Virus record (IMG/VR): IMGVR_UViG_3300032315_000202
Location: 3,502 to 67,501 of that record
Strand: one strand, 5' to 3'
Source of the DNA: a virus
DNA: 64,000 nt
Shown here: piece after piece, positions 7,930-17,861 of the stretch
Layout of the letters: each line of letters starts with the position of its first letter
How positions within the stretch are numbered: position 1 is the first letter of the stretch
Made by a program: the position numbers and the translations under genes
The notes under the pieces: model-generated
Seen by the model: the letters and a program-made list of their open reading frames with translations, nothing else
Databases searched by the model: none
What the model was told of the DNA's origin: nothing

Positions 7930-9261
7930 TTATCCCCCTGTGAGTTGGGGGTTAAAAGGTGTATCAGCAGCTAATCCTCTAGCAAAAGGACCCGTTAAAC
8001 TGTTTCCTGTAAATTGCTGTCCAACCGGAGCGTTGACTTGATTCTCTAAGCCAATAGTGGTCGGAACCGGCGCGCCGCCCGGGGTAGTCGCCTGATAGGT
8101 GACTCCGTCTGAAGTGACTGACCCCTGAGAAGTAACCGTCTTGGGACCAAACGCCACTCCGATTGTCGCCGCGCTGGCTGTACCAACGAAGCTCGGGGAC
8201 GATGCTGCTGATGGAAGATTGAATAGACCAGGTCTGTTTATCGGAGAATTTTGAATAGCACTACGCAATCCTGCGTTCAGTATAGCATTTGCTATACCGC
8301 TATTTCTTCCTGCCGAAGTTAAATCATTCACCGTGTTCACGACTGCGCTTGCATTTGCAATCGCACCTAACACATTTCCGCTCGTCAGGCTACGGATGGC
8401 ACCGCCCGCTGCTTGTATCAGCCCACCTTGACCTAATACAACTCCGTTTGAACCGCCGACCGCGATAGGACTCACTTGTCTATCGTAGGTAGCGTTGTCG
8501 CCAAAACCAGTAACAATATCACCTGGACTTCTACCATCTAAATTACCGTAGTTATAAACTACAGTCTCGTAGTCAATCGACATTCTGTTAGTCATGACTC
8601 CACCGCCTTCAGCATAGTTGTAAGTGTCATGCCCGAAACTAGTAATAACAGGATTCACTAGGGTGTATGCAGTGAAGTTGTGTTGATTGAATCCGAATAC
8701 GGTGATGTTCTTGAAGAACGGTTTCTTGATTCCAGTCGAGGTTGTTTGTCCGCCGTTGAAGCCCCAGTCGAGATTTTCCGAAAGATCACGGTTGTAAATA
8801 TTTCTACTGTTGTAATCCTGAGTGTTGTCATCTACAGGTGTATTTGCGTTTCCGGGCAGCACGTTTCCTGTTTTAAATGCGTCATTGTAGTAGTATCTGT
8901 AGTATGATTCCCAAAGCTGAGTTACCTGATTAGCATTATCATCATGGAATGTGATGTCGATTGGTTCATATTTAATTTTAGTTTGAATAATTCTCTTTCT
9001 ATTGTACTGATTCATAGTTAGATTATTAAACGAAAACTGCGGAAGTTTTACTTCTTTGACAAGTAAACCAAAATTAGCGTTAGTCGGATATCCAACGGGA
9101 TTTATACTAAAGTAAGTATGAAAGAGAAACTTTAGCTTAGGGGCGTTCTGGTACGAATTAGTACGAAACGTTTTTGATGCGTGAGTGTAGTCCCTAAGGA
9201 TGGCGTTGCCGAAGAAAGCTTCGGCAACGTCATTTAGTAGGTTTTGATTAAAGCCCGACAC
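7930..9261 (-). CDS. Tail-tube-like/baseplate tube initiator protein
   Basis: gp19/gp54-like pattern (VKEVKLPQF..NQYNRK..YEPIDITFHDD..MSIDYE); adjacent to the tube gene. Confidence 0.65.
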   Translation of the reverse strand: MSGFNQNLLNDVAEAFFGNAILRDYTHASKTFRTNSYQNAPKLKFLFHTYFSINPVGYPTNANFGLLVKEVKLPQFSFNNLTMNQYNRKRIIQTKIKYEPIDITFHDDNANQVTQLWESYYRYYYNDAFKTGNVLPGNANTPVDDNTQDYNSRNIYNRDLSENLDWGFNGGQTTSTGIKKPFFKNITVFGFNQHNFTAYTLVNPVITSFGHDTYNYAEGGGVMTNRMSIDYETVVYNYGNLDGRSPGDIVTGFGDNATYDRQVSPIAVGGSNGVVLGQGGLIQAAGGAIRSLTSGNVLGAIANASAVVNTVNDLTSAGRNSGIANAILNAGLRSAIQNSPINRPGLFNLPSAASSPSFVGTASAATIGVAFGPKTVTSQGSVTSDGVTYQATTPGGAPVPTTIGLENQVNAPVGQQFTGNSLTGPFARGLAADTPFNPQLTGG

Positions 9262-9285
9262 TGGAACCTGTTAATCTAAAATCAA

Positions 9286-9933
9286 TTACGATGTCGTGCC
9301 GCCGATACCTGTCACGGAACCAGTTGAACCACTTGCGATACGATTGATTGGTGAACCAACGCCTGATCCAAGCGGTGCTTGAATTGCATTGTCGTAGCGC
9401 AGAGTTAGTGAAATTTTTACTACTTCGTTGCCACCGTAGTTTAGAGTGTCGTAGTTCGCAGTCTGTACGAAGCAACCATATAGTTCCCAAGTTTCAAGCA
9501 CTACTGGAGCAGCAGTACCGTTACCACCGTCTAGAATCTGAATGTTAGTTTGGAACTTGTAGTCTTGACCAGTTGCAGCAGATGCCTGCTCAACGAAGTC
9601 AAGCTGCTTCTGAAGCTGCTGACCAACTGCTTTCGAAACGCTGCCTGATGCATCGTCACGGATGTTGACTGCAAGTGTCTGCCACTGATGCTTGCCTGCA
9701 AGATATAGAGTAGAGTTATAAACAGGAAGCGTGATTTCCTGAAACTGTACCTGAGGTCTTGCACAGTCGATTACTTGCTTAGTTAATGCTAGACCTGCAG
9801 TTGACCCAACACCAAAGTTCAAGAAGTTGACTCTGAATCTGAACTGTAGCTTTGGCATCAACAGGCCCTGATTACCACCTGCGTTGTCAGACGCGACAGT
9901 CATGTTGAACAATGATTGTGAGGCTGTTGCCAT
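9286..9933 (-). CDS. gp19: Tail tube protein
   Basis: FRFRV..RPQVQFQEI..GKHQWQTL..IRDD..WELYGCF..LTLRYD; follows the sheath gene. Confidence 0.8.
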   Translation of the reverse strand: MATASQSLFNMTVASDNAGGNQGLLMPKLQFRFRVNFLNFGVGSTAGLALTKQVIDCARPQVQFQEITLPVYNSTLYLAGKHQWQTLAVNIRDDASGSVSKAVGQQLQKQLDFVEQASAATGQDYKFQTNIQILDGGNGTAAPVVLETWELYGCFVQTANYDTLNYGGNEVVKISLTLRYDNAIQAPLGSGVGSPINRIASGSTGSVTGIGGTTS

Positions 9934-9965
9934 TTTAATTTCTCCTGTTATAAGTATTTATCTTT

Positions 9966-9997
9966 TAGAGTGAGTGTCTCGGAAGACACTCACTCTA
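9966..9997. terminator. 14-bp perfect inverted repeat between sheath and tube genes
   Basis: TAGAGTGAGTGTCT-CGGA-AGACACTCACTCTA; late promoter for the tube gene at 9955-9961. Confidence 0.6.
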
Positions 9998-10004
9998 ATT
10001 ATAG

Positions 10005-13000
10005 TTAAGCCTGATTGCCTAGTTCACCGGTGTTCAGAATACGAACTGGGATATAGATGAACTCGACAGCCTTAACAGGCTCGATAGCACAGTCTACCCA
10101 AAGCTCATTTCGGTCGATTCTCGCTGGGGTATTGTTTGACTCATCACAGACGACCAAGAAGTCGTAAACTCCGCGCTTCGCAACAAGATCAACAAAGAGT
10201 GATTGGATAACACCAGTAATCTGTTGACGAGTTAATGCATCGTTGGGTTCGAATACGAATGGTCTTGCAGCGATTGTCAATTGACGACGAATGTAAGCTA
10301 CAAGTCTTGCTACGTTAATTCGATCAAGCGCAGATTGTGATGCAAAGCTTGACTTATTACCATAGTTCAACAATCCGTTACCAGTGAAGAACACTAGTGG
10401 GTTGATTTCATTAGTGTAGAGTACGTCACGCAGACCGATGTTGGTCTTGAATGATTGGAACTCACCAGTTACTGAGTTAATGTAGCCGATGTTCGTTGCG
10501 TTGTCAATGATACCGCGACGAGTTCCTGCTGGTGCAAACCAAGGGAAAGCAACAGTGTCGTTACGCAGAATAGTTCTGATCATCATGTGCGATGGGGGAA
10601 CTGCAACAAGATTTCCGCTCAAGTCTGAAGTGATACCTGATGGGTAGAACAAGCCCATATAACTATTGCGGCTGACGAGACCTAGTTCACCGGTTGCATC
10701 AGCATTTGCATCGTTGTTTGCCCATGCAGTGATTGCAGTTGCATCAGGTGGAAGTCTCATCGGAGTATCACCGACGATGAAGCCAGTGTCGCCCCTATCA
10801 TTGTTGAGTACAATCATGTTAGGCTGTAGCTCAGCATAGTTTGGTGTAGCAATCAAGTTGAACTCGTTGTCTTCATCACGAATTGCAGTATTGGTATCAA
10901 TTACTTCTCTCAGTGCCTTAACAACCATATTGCGTTGTGCTTGACGACCCATATAAGGTGAACCGTTGCCCTTCAGTCCCGATACACTCAACCATGTGTC
11001 AGTTTCAGTTGGTAAGACCATGTCAGGGAAGCGAATGCTGTTGAAGTAGTTAACACGGTACTGCTTGACATTATATCCTGAGCGACGAGTGTTGAACAAC
11101 AACATACCTACTGGGTAGATTGAGTTCTCCGGAGCGTCGGGGTCAAGATAATTGCTAGATAGCAAACTCTTGATGCTTGGGATAGGATCGTTCGCTGGAT
11201 TCGTTGTGCCATTAGTTGCCCAACGTGCATCTGCAAACAATACACCAGACGGTGAAGTTTGATCAGCGTTGTCGATCAACACCCACTGATCTGTACCGTC
11301 CCTGAACTGCCAACGATTGATCAATGGATAGTTCTCAAGATCAGAAGTGTTGATCCAAATGTCACCGTATACTAGAGCAGTACCATCTGATTGCACGGTT
11401 GGTGCGGTTGAAGCAACCAACGGGCCGTTAGGGTCAGTCGCAGGTGATCCGGATGGTGCAGGGAAGCCATTTGAATCGTAGCTTACAGTTCTGTAACCCT
11501 GCCAACCTGATGAGGTGTTTACCATGATATCTACTTCATCAACAACTGAATAGAACCAGTTAGTGAGGTCTGTTGGTGCTACAGTAGGAGCACCTTCGTT
11601 AGCAGTCATGTTAAATTCTACCCAGTTAGAAAGCTGAGTAGTGTACATCAACGAGCCTGCGCCTGCGAAATATTGAATTGAAGTTACAACGCCACCTGCG
11701 CTTACGCTCAATACTTTAACTTGTAAGTTATTTGCAGGGGTAGCGCCGCCCAAAGAAGCACCGGGGAATGTGACGACCTCACCTACTACATAACCGGTTC
11801 CTGCAGCATCGAAGGCAAGACTGTCTACTTGGTAGTTTTGGTAGCTGTTAGTTACATTTGGAATCAAGCCAGTGCCTGATCCTGTAGTAGCACTCTGTAC
11901 TGGGTTGAAAACAAGATCGTAGAAGAATGGACCTTCTTTAACTCCTTGGGTAACACCGATATCGAACCCTGCTTCTGACATCAAGCCCGTGCTGAAGCCA
12001 GTTGCTTGATTCAGATCGTTAACAACAATCACACCGCCTTCAGTATGCTGGATTTGAAGCTCACCGGTATCTAGAACGACTGCACTAGTGAAGGGTGCAC
12101 CTGCTGCTGCCCATGCTGTGACAAAATCAGTTGCGTCTGTGTTATCGGCTAGCGTCATCGTATAAGCTGAGCTTAGTGAGCTTGAGCCAGGAATCGAAGT
12201 TTGAATAGTTACTGTGTACGGTCCTTCCGTGAATGAAGGATTAGTATTAGTGCCGGTCACGATAGTTGCACCTGCTGCAATGCGTTCCCAATAATAGATC
12301 GGCGCGCCGGGTGCAGTTGATGGCATTGAATTAGCAGGGTTGTAATTAAAGTTGTACTGTGCATAGACACTTCCTGCAGGAATTGCCTTCCCGCCTGTTG
12401 CATCTATAGCACCAATTGCTTGCCAGTCGCTGTTTGCAAAGCTAACAGTTTCTGGAACCCAAACTGAACTTAATCCGCTCCACTGTGAAATTACAGGGTT
12501 GTAACCATTACCCGCCGCGCCAATCTTGATCCAAACTGAACCAGATGGTCTTGGGTAAGTCTGACCGGCTTGCCATAGCGGCTGTTGTGAAGAAGTACCA
12601 TAAAACACTGCAGGCTGATAGTAAGTACCTGCTGCGATTCCTAAATCAGCTAGAACGGTGCCTGTGCCAGCAGCAATAGTGATATAGGGAGGAGTAGTTT
12701 TAGTAAAAGCCTGACCTGTCTGCGCTGAATAAATCTGCAACTTGCCACCGACTACTTCTGCTGATAGATATGGAATACCCAAATTGTTGATCGATGCAGC
12801 AACGATTGAAACTACGTTATTTGGATTTCCTTGGATAGTGATAGTTTGCGCGGCTGACCCGTTGACTGAAATAGTGAAAGTGTCGGTAGCTGTCAACGTT
12901 GGGTTTGCATTTGAACCTTGAATGGTTGGATTTGCATTTAACCAATCCGAATCTCCGACTCTTGTCCAAGTGTTATCAGATGCCTTGAAGAAGTACATGC

Positions 13001-13604
13001 CCGAAGTTGAAGCACTCGCGTAATCGTAAGTCGGGATTGCGATAACTGCATATTGCCCGATTGACCCGATACTCGCTAGAGGATAACCAGCAGACAACTG
13101 GTTAGGGTCAGTAATTACGATTGGAGTCTGAAGTGCGAACTGACCAGTTGAAGCATTAAATGCAAAGATACCCCAAGTTGAAGTAGCTGAGTCTAACCAC
13201 CAAGTGCCATCTGCAGGTGAACCAGTTGGACGACCTGTCTCACCAACTAAAGCTGCAAGATCAATGTCTGCTCTCAAAGTGTAAACACGATTAGTCACAC
13301 CGAGTGCAGAATAAGCAGCAAGAAGTCCGTATTCATTGAGTTCATAACCCTGAATAGGAGTACCAGCAGAAGTGGTATAGAAGAATGGATTACCGTATAG
13401 AGTGACAAGGTCACGCTGGCTAGTAACTTGATAAAGCTTACCGGCATTAGCAGGAAGTGTTCCTGCTGCTACAGCAGTTCCGGTAGGATCGGCTTTGTTG
13501 CTTGCCGTAGCAAGAACAATGAGTGGGATAGAGTTAGTTGGGGCCGGAAGATACTGACTCTGATCAATGATCGTAACTTCTACACCTGGTGAATTTAATG
13601 GCAT
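10005..13604 (-). CDS. gp18: Contractile tail sheath protein with a large central insertion
   Basis: N-terminus LNSPGVEVTIIDQS; C-terminus PWFAPAG.RRG, LDRINVARL, FVFEPND, VVCDESNNTP, IEPVKAVEFIYI. Start set at ATG 13604 with SD AAGGA. Confidence 0.95.
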   Translation of the reverse strand: MPLNSPGVEVTIIDQSQYLPAPTNSIPLIVLATASNKADPTGTAVAAGTLPANAGKLYQVTSQRDLVTLYGNPFFYTTSAGTPIQGYELNEYGLLAAYSALGVTNRVYTLRADIDLAALVGETGRPTGSPADGTWWLDSATSTWGIFAFNASTGQFALQTPIVITDPNQLSAGYPLASIGSIGQYAVIAIPTYDYASASTSGMYFFKASDNTWTRVGDSDWLNANPTIQGSNANPTLTATDTFTISVNGSAAQTITIQGNPNNVVSIVAASINNLGIPYLSAEVVGGKLQIYSAQTGQAFTKTTPPYITIAAGTGTVLADLGIAAGTYYQPAVFYGTSSQQPLWQAGQTYPRPSGSVWIKIGAAGNGYNPVISQWSGLSSVWVPETVSFANSDWQAIGAIDATGGKAIPAGSVYAQYNFNYNPANSMPSTAPGAPIYYWERIAAGATIVTGTNTNPSFTEGPYTVTIQTSIPGSSSLSSAYTMTLADNTDATDFVTAWAAAGAPFTSAVVLDTGELQIQHTEGGVIVVNDLNQATGFSTGLMSEAGFDIGVTQGVKEGPFFYDLVFNPVQSATTGSGTGLIPNVTNSYQNYQVDSLAFDAAGTGYVVGEVVTFPGASLGGATPANNLQVKVLSVSAGGVVTSIQYFAGAGSLMYTTQLSNWVEFNMTANEGAPTVAPTDLTNWFYSVVDEVDIMVNTSSGWQGYRTVSYDSNGFPAPSGSPATDPNGPLVASTAPTVQSDGTALVYGDIWINTSDLENYPLINRWQFRDGTDQWVLIDNADQTSPSGVLFADARWATNGTTNPANDPIPSIKSLLSSNYLDPDAPENSIYPVGMLLFNTRRSGYNVKQYRVNYFNSIRFPDMVLPTETDTWLSVSGLKGNGSPYMGRQAQRNMVVKALREVIDTNTAIRDEDNEFNLIATPNYAELQPNMIVLNNDRGDTGFIVGDTPMRLPPDATAITAWANNDANADATGELGLVSRNSYMGLFYPSGITSDLSGNLVAVPPSHMMIRTILRNDTVAFPWFAPAGTRRGIIDNATNIGYINSVTGEFQSFKTNIGLRDVLYTNEINPLVFFTGNGLLNYGNKSSFASQSALDRINVARLVAYIRRQLTIAARPFVFEPNDALTRQQITGVIQSLFVDLVAKRGVYDFLVVCDESNNTPARIDRNELWVDCAIEPVKAVEFIYIPVRILNTGELGNQA

Positions 13605-13673
13605 GTCATTTTTCCTTTGTATGATTTTGAGGTTTACCACCTGCCTAGTAATGATTACTAAGTTTCTAATGAT

Positions 13674-13737
13674 TATTTAGCATAGAACTTAAAAAAGCAG
13701 GTGCAGGCGTGCCTTTAAAGGTAAATATGCATAAATA
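13674..13737. promoter_or_regulatory. Divergent late promoters (CTAAATA minus 13674-13680; ATAAATA plus 13731-13737)
   Basis: TAAATA motifs facing the sheath gene and the HNH gene. Confidence 0.7.
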
Positions 13738-13742
13738 CTCGT

Positions 13743-14093
13743 ATGCTGAAAAGACCTATATGCAAAGACTGTAATAAGAACTACTCTGCGATAAACTATA
13801 TCCGCAAAGGTAAGACCTATTACCGTCGCCTGTGTGATAGTTGCGGGAAATTAAAAGCCAAGAAAAAACCCAGAGTTTTGCTCTGGGAGAAAGCAGGCTA
13901 TAAAAAGAAACCGCAATGTGACTTGTGCGGCTTCAAGAGTCTATATGCTAGCCAGATGACCGTCTTTCATATTGACGGTGATTTGAATAATGTAGCGTTT
14001 AGTAATCTCAGAACGATCTGCCTAAATTGTGTTGAGATCGTGAAGCGCAAGGAAGTTACCTGGCGTCGGGGAGATTTAACTGTTGATTACTGA
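13743..14093 (+). CDS. Zn-finger/HNH-like protein
   Basis: Four CxxC pairs and HIDGDLNN..NLRTICLNC. Confidence 0.7.
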   Translation: MLKRPICKDCNKNYSAINYIRKGKTYYRRLCDSCGKLKAKKKPRVLLWEKAGYKKKPQCDLCGFKSLYASQMTVFHIDGDLNNVAFSNLRTICLNCVEIVKRKEVTWRRGDLTVDY

Positions 14094-14708
14094 CGCAATC
14101 TGCTTGTGTAGATCATCAATCGTGCTGTTGTTGTCAAGATGATGGTCATAGTCCAACCCCACGCTGCTATACTCGCTAGCATGAACGTTATAATACTTCA
14201 GCTTTGATATATACAGTTCACGCTGTCCAGCATTCTGCGTTGTATTGTATCGTTCAGCATAGTAATACCATTCAGGATTCTCGCCACGATGACAACGCAT
14301 GGTGATACCACCTGCACCCTTGATAGCAGCAATTTCGTTGGGGAATCGACAATCGGTTATCACGATATTATCCTTGATGCCGCGCAGTCGATTCTCCACG
14401 TTTGCTACCCAAATATCGTTGTGAAAGTGCTTACGAGCAACATCAGTTCCCCACTGTTGCAATACCCAACGAGGAGTAAGATCGGGAATTCCTAGACGAT
14501 CTGCCCACCAAGTGTCAACTTCTTCTCGCCATTCTCGGCTAGTCTTAGTTGAACCTTCAAGAAGTTCACGGTCCCAATTAAAGATGACTGCCACAGCATC
14601 TTTAAGCGCACCAGCAAAGCTCATACGCTTGAATCCATGAAACGTGCAGAGATAATCAGCGGCAGTATCTTTGCCGCTACCGATGAGTCCTGTAATTCCT
14701 ATGATCAT
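14076..14708 (-). CDS. Deoxynucleoside monophosphate kinase (T4 gp1-like)
   Basis: IIGITGLIGSGKDTAA, FAGALKD, TPRWVLQQWGT, ITDCRFPNE; start moved to ATG 14708. Confidence 0.9.
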   Translation of the reverse strand: MIIGITGLIGSGKDTAADYLCTFHGFKRMSFAGALKDAVAVIFNWDRELLEGSTKTSREWREEVDTWWADRLGIPDLTPRWVLQQWGTDVARKHFHNDIWVANVENRLRGIKDNIVITDCRFPNEIAAIKGAGGITMRCHRGENPEWYYYAERYNTTQNAGQRELYISKLKYYNVHASEYSSVGLDYDHHLDNNSTIDDLHKQIASVINS

Positions 14709-14714
14709 TCTTAT

Positions 14715-14743
14715 AATATAACACAAGAAGTGTGTGTTGTCAA
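14715..14743 (-). promoter_or_regulatory. sigma70-type promoter TTGACA-17-TATATT
   Basis: Canonical spacing; the -10 box ends 6 nt before ATG 14708. Confidence 0.7.
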
Positions 14744-14750
14744 GCCTTAA

Positions 14751-15536
14751 TTAGCCTTGAACCCAAGTCAGAGGCTGCGAGCCATCTACGTAGTTCTTGA
14801 GTTCCAGTAGTAACTGTTCTTGAAGTGCCTTAGATTCAGCTTTCATTGCAGTACCGTTCAATGTAGTGCCGCCGCCTGGACCGGCTATGGTTCCAAACTT
14901 TTCACGAGCTTCGCCGATGATGCCCTTTAGAATAGCGATGATAAAGTCAGCGATCCATACCCCGGCGTAAGGGTCTTGCAGCAAGATTGCTTCCGGTCGC
15001 TGAATATCAGCCCAGATCAGAATACGCTCACCTGTTCCTTTAAAGTCACGGACGACACGTAGAACCTTAGTGACTGGGTCAAACGTATAAGTGACGTAGC
15101 CACCGAACATACGAGCAGCCAGTTCAACGTAACCGGCATAAAAGTCGTATGTTGCCATACCACCTGTGTAGTTATAGTTCAACAGATAGGTGTTGAGAAT
15201 AGCACTTGAGAATGGGTCGAATGATGATGATGAAGGGCCCGTCTCAAGTCCCACTGTGCGTCTGAACAACGCACGAACGTTGATGAAGTCCGAAGGAAGT
15301 GTGTATGTATCTACGTTCTTAACGACAGTCAACAGTGTGTATGACTCTTGCGTGGCGTTCTGCGCTCTCTGTCGATAGATTTTGATAGCGTAGTTGTACG
15401 CAGCCTCATAGTGTTGAGGGTCAAGTTCTAGATCAATGATATCGCCGCCCATACGCAAACGGACGTTCTCAAACAGAGCCTGCTTGAGTTCTTCTAGGTT
15501 AAGACTGGTAGGCGTTGATAGAATATCTGCGGTCAT
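14751..15536 (-). CDS. gp13: Neck protein (T4 gp13-like)
   Basis: LRMGGDIIDLELD; KGIIGEAREKFGTIAGPGGGTTLNG. Confidence 0.75.
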   Translation of the reverse strand: MTADILSTPTSLNLEELKQALFENVRLRMGGDIIDLELDPQHYEAAYNYAIKIYRQRAQNATQESYTLLTVVKNVDTYTLPSDFINVRALFRRTVGLETGPSSSSFDPFSSAILNTYLLNYNYTGGMATYDFYAGYVELAARMFGGYVTYTFDPVTKVLRVVRDFKGTGERILIWADIQRPEAILLQDPYAGVWIADFIIAILKGIIGEAREKFGTIAGPGGGTTLNGTAMKAESKALQEQLLLELKNYVDGSQPLTWVQG

Positions 15537-15587
15537 GTGCGTTTCCTTGCTATATCTATTTAGTCAGGAAACACTTGACCTCAATAG

Positions 15588-16001
15588 TTAAAGATCGCCA
15601 TCCTTGCGGTTCTCACTATAGTGAGCATCAAACTTACCGCCAGGATATCGGTCTTGTAGCTTATGCACGTTTTCTGCAAGCACTTCGTTAGGATCAAGCC
15701 CAAGTGCGTTACAAGCATTAACCCAGTACCAAGCAATGTCACCGAGTTCACGCTTCATATGGAAGATGTTGTCTTCGTTAAGCGGTTTGCCTTGGAACAA
15801 TACCTTCTTCACGATTTCCTGAAACTCGCCACCTTCACTACCGAGTCCGGTGCTTGCAGTCATAAGCAATGCAAGATTGACATTGGTGCTAGCGTCAAGC
15901 TCTTGTAGACGCTCGATAAGTGCAGAAAGGTCCTTGCTTGGTCCAGAGCATACAGTAAGAACGAAGTCTGCGTATTTGTTTAGATCAATTTGGTTTGTCA
16001 T
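15588..16001 (-). CDS. mazG: MazG-like nucleotide pyrophosphohydrolase
   Basis: GLGSEGGEFQEIVKK..RELGDIAWY..NVHKLQDRYP. Confidence 0.85.
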   Translation of the reverse strand: MTNQIDLNKYADFVLTVCSGPSKDLSALIERLQELDASTNVNLALLMTASTGLGSEGGEFQEIVKKVLFQGKPLNEDNIFHMKRELGDIAWYWVNACNALGLDPNEVLAENVHKLQDRYPGGKFDAHYSENRKDGDL

Positions 16002-16012
16002 ATAGGTTCCTT

Positions 16013-17263
16013 TTAAAATGCCTTGAGAATGATGAGGTCAGCGTTGAAGCGTCCGTTCGGCACAGCTTCAACAGCCTTGATCTCCTTGAAATACTTACGT
16101 GCAGCGGGCCTGCTGCCGGTGAGAGCCTTGATTTGTTCAACGGGCTTACGCAGCGTCTTAATGCTGCTCTCGCGTGTGTCAAATCCAAGAAGTGTGTTAC
16201 CCTTAACGATCAGGCAGTTGCTGTACTGATCTGCAACGTAATGGTGCATCTTGCGCTTACGAGTGTCGTAGACCCAAGCTTCCTGCGCATTGTGCAGCTT
16301 CTCGGGGGACAGTCCCACAAGATCCAGTTTGAGAACTTCATCCTTGAAGGACCGAAGATGCTTCAACTTAGAAACGACCTTAGCAACCGGAACTGCTTTG
16401 CGAACACGCGGGGCGCGAGTTGCTTGCTTGATCGCAACGTATGCAGTCAAGTTTTCAATGATCTGATCGGCAAACTTAATCATGCTATTAAGCTGGGTGC
16501 GAGTGTACTTCGCGTATCCCTCGCTCAATTGAGGGCACTTACCTTCTTTAGCTTCCTCATATTCAGCCTTGAGAGCTTCCCAGTGCTTGACGTAACTGTT
16601 GAGGTGTTGAGGGAGAACTTTCTGCTCGCTCAGAAAACCCATCACCGCGTCCTTAGTTGCATACTCCTTAGGATAGCCTGCAATCATGAAGTCGTCGGCG
16701 ATACCTTCAATCTCCCCGAAAGCGTCACTAGCCCGTTCACGCATCCGCTCTTGGATGTTCTGACGGAACACGGGCTTCGCAATCTTATCAGCTTCTACTT
16801 TATTTTCTTCTTCGACGATTTTAGCACCGTCTGAGATCGCTGCCGCGACACGGTCCTTGATGAACGTAGTCATAGGATTCAGAACGGGACCTGTGCCCGA
16901 AAGTGCTTCCCAATAGTCCGCTTCTGCCTGATTGTGATCGGGGCAACCAGTGTGCAACAGCTTGCAAGTGATAGCATGCCAGACATTGAGAGAATGAAGA
17001 CCCTTCGAGGCTTTAGCGTTGCGAATGTCTTGAGCGGAGTAGTTGTTGTCCTTCATCCACTTCCAAATCTCAGGGAGCAGATCGGCTTCCTGAAAATTCT
17101 CATAGTAAAAATACTTTGCGTTGGTCTTGAACTTGTTGAACTGCTGGCCAGTCATTTTCTCCCAGCCAGTGAAGTCAGGACCAGTCATCTTCCGCCCGCG
17201 ACGAATCGGGGCAGCACGAGCGACTTTCTTTTTGGTATTAACAAGAGAGGGACGACGAGCCAT
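16013..17263 (-). CDS. Hypothetical early protein
   Basis: 416-aa ORF with SD AGGAG; upstream TTGACT-17-TATATT promoter at 17295-17323. Confidence 0.75.
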   Translation of the reverse strand: MARRPSLVNTKKKVARAAPIRRGRKMTGPDFTGWEKMTGQQFNKFKTNAKYFYYENFQEADLLPEIWKWMKDNNYSAQDIRNAKASKGLHSLNVWHAITCKLLHTGCPDHNQAEADYWEALSGTGPVLNPMTTFIKDRVAAAISDGAKIVEEENKVEADKIAKPVFRQNIQERMRERASDAFGEIEGIADDFMIAGYPKEYATKDAVMGFLSEQKVLPQHLNSYVKHWEALKAEYEEAKEGKCPQLSEGYAKYTRTQLNSMIKFADQIIENLTAYVAIKQATRAPRVRKAVPVAKVVSKLKHLRSFKDEVLKLDLVGLSPEKLHNAQEAWVYDTRKRKMHHYVADQYSNCLIVKGNTLLGFDTRESSIKTLRKPVEQIKALTGSRPAARKYFKEIKAVEAVPNGRFNADLIILKAF

Positions 17264-17352
17264 ATGAGTCTCCTAAATTTCAGATTACTTATATAATATA
17301 CAAAAAGGCCCGACAAAAGTCAAGCCTTTTATTTCCTATTGAAAACAACAAA

Positions 17353-17472
17353 TTATACTGAGACGAGAATTTTGCGGCAGGAAAGCTTTTGCTCCTGCTT
17401 CTTTTTATCAGGCATGACCCTAGGCTTGTTGAACTTGAACATGTTCTTGTGAACGTGATTACGAGTTTTCAT
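17353..17472 (-). CDS. 39-aa basic peptide MKTRNHVHKNMFKFNKPRVMPDKKKQEQKLSCRKILVSV
   Basis: SD GAGGAG; preceded by overlapping TATAAATA and TTGACT-17-TATTAT promoters; below the ORF-track size cutoff. Confidence 0.65.
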   Translation of the reverse strand: MKTRNHVHKNMFKFNKPRVMPDKKKQEQKLSCRKILVSV

Positions 17473-17521
17473 TGCCTTGCTCCTCATCATGTATTTATAA
17501 TAGCATGACTCTTATCCAAAG

Positions 17522-17800
17522 TCAACCAAATTTCACCGGCTCTAGTGAAAGAATACAATAATCTCGGTCAAGTGCCGCAGACGAGAATGCACATGGCGTA
17601 TCACGAGACGTAATGTAGGTAATCTTCATACACATCTCGTCCCCGGTGTACTTGCCTGCGAACGGGTCGTATTCCTGTAGTGTGAGAATATCGCCAACCT
17701 TATACTGGCGATCCTTGAGGTCTCGCATATCGTGCTTTTTCTCCCCGCGCTTGAACGCTTGAAAGAAAGGAATCCAACTTTTTACATTATGTTCAGTCAT
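17522..17800 (-). CDS. ASCH/DUF3850-like protein
   Basis: HNVKSWIPFFQA..GEKKHDMR..DRQYKVGDILTLQEYD. Confidence 0.75.
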   Translation of the reverse strand: MTEHNVKSWIPFFQAFKRGEKKHDMRDLKDRQYKVGDILTLQEYDPFAGKYTGDEMCMKITYITSRDTPCAFSSAALDRDYCILSLEPVKFG

Positions 17801-17861
17801 ACTTTAACTAATAACACCGTCCGTTGAGAGTGTCAACCTATTTCGTACGATAAATAAAGAT

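Noticed and set aside
15995-16834. 279-aa antisense ORF
   Set aside because: Lies opposite a bona fide gene; no motifs or expression signals
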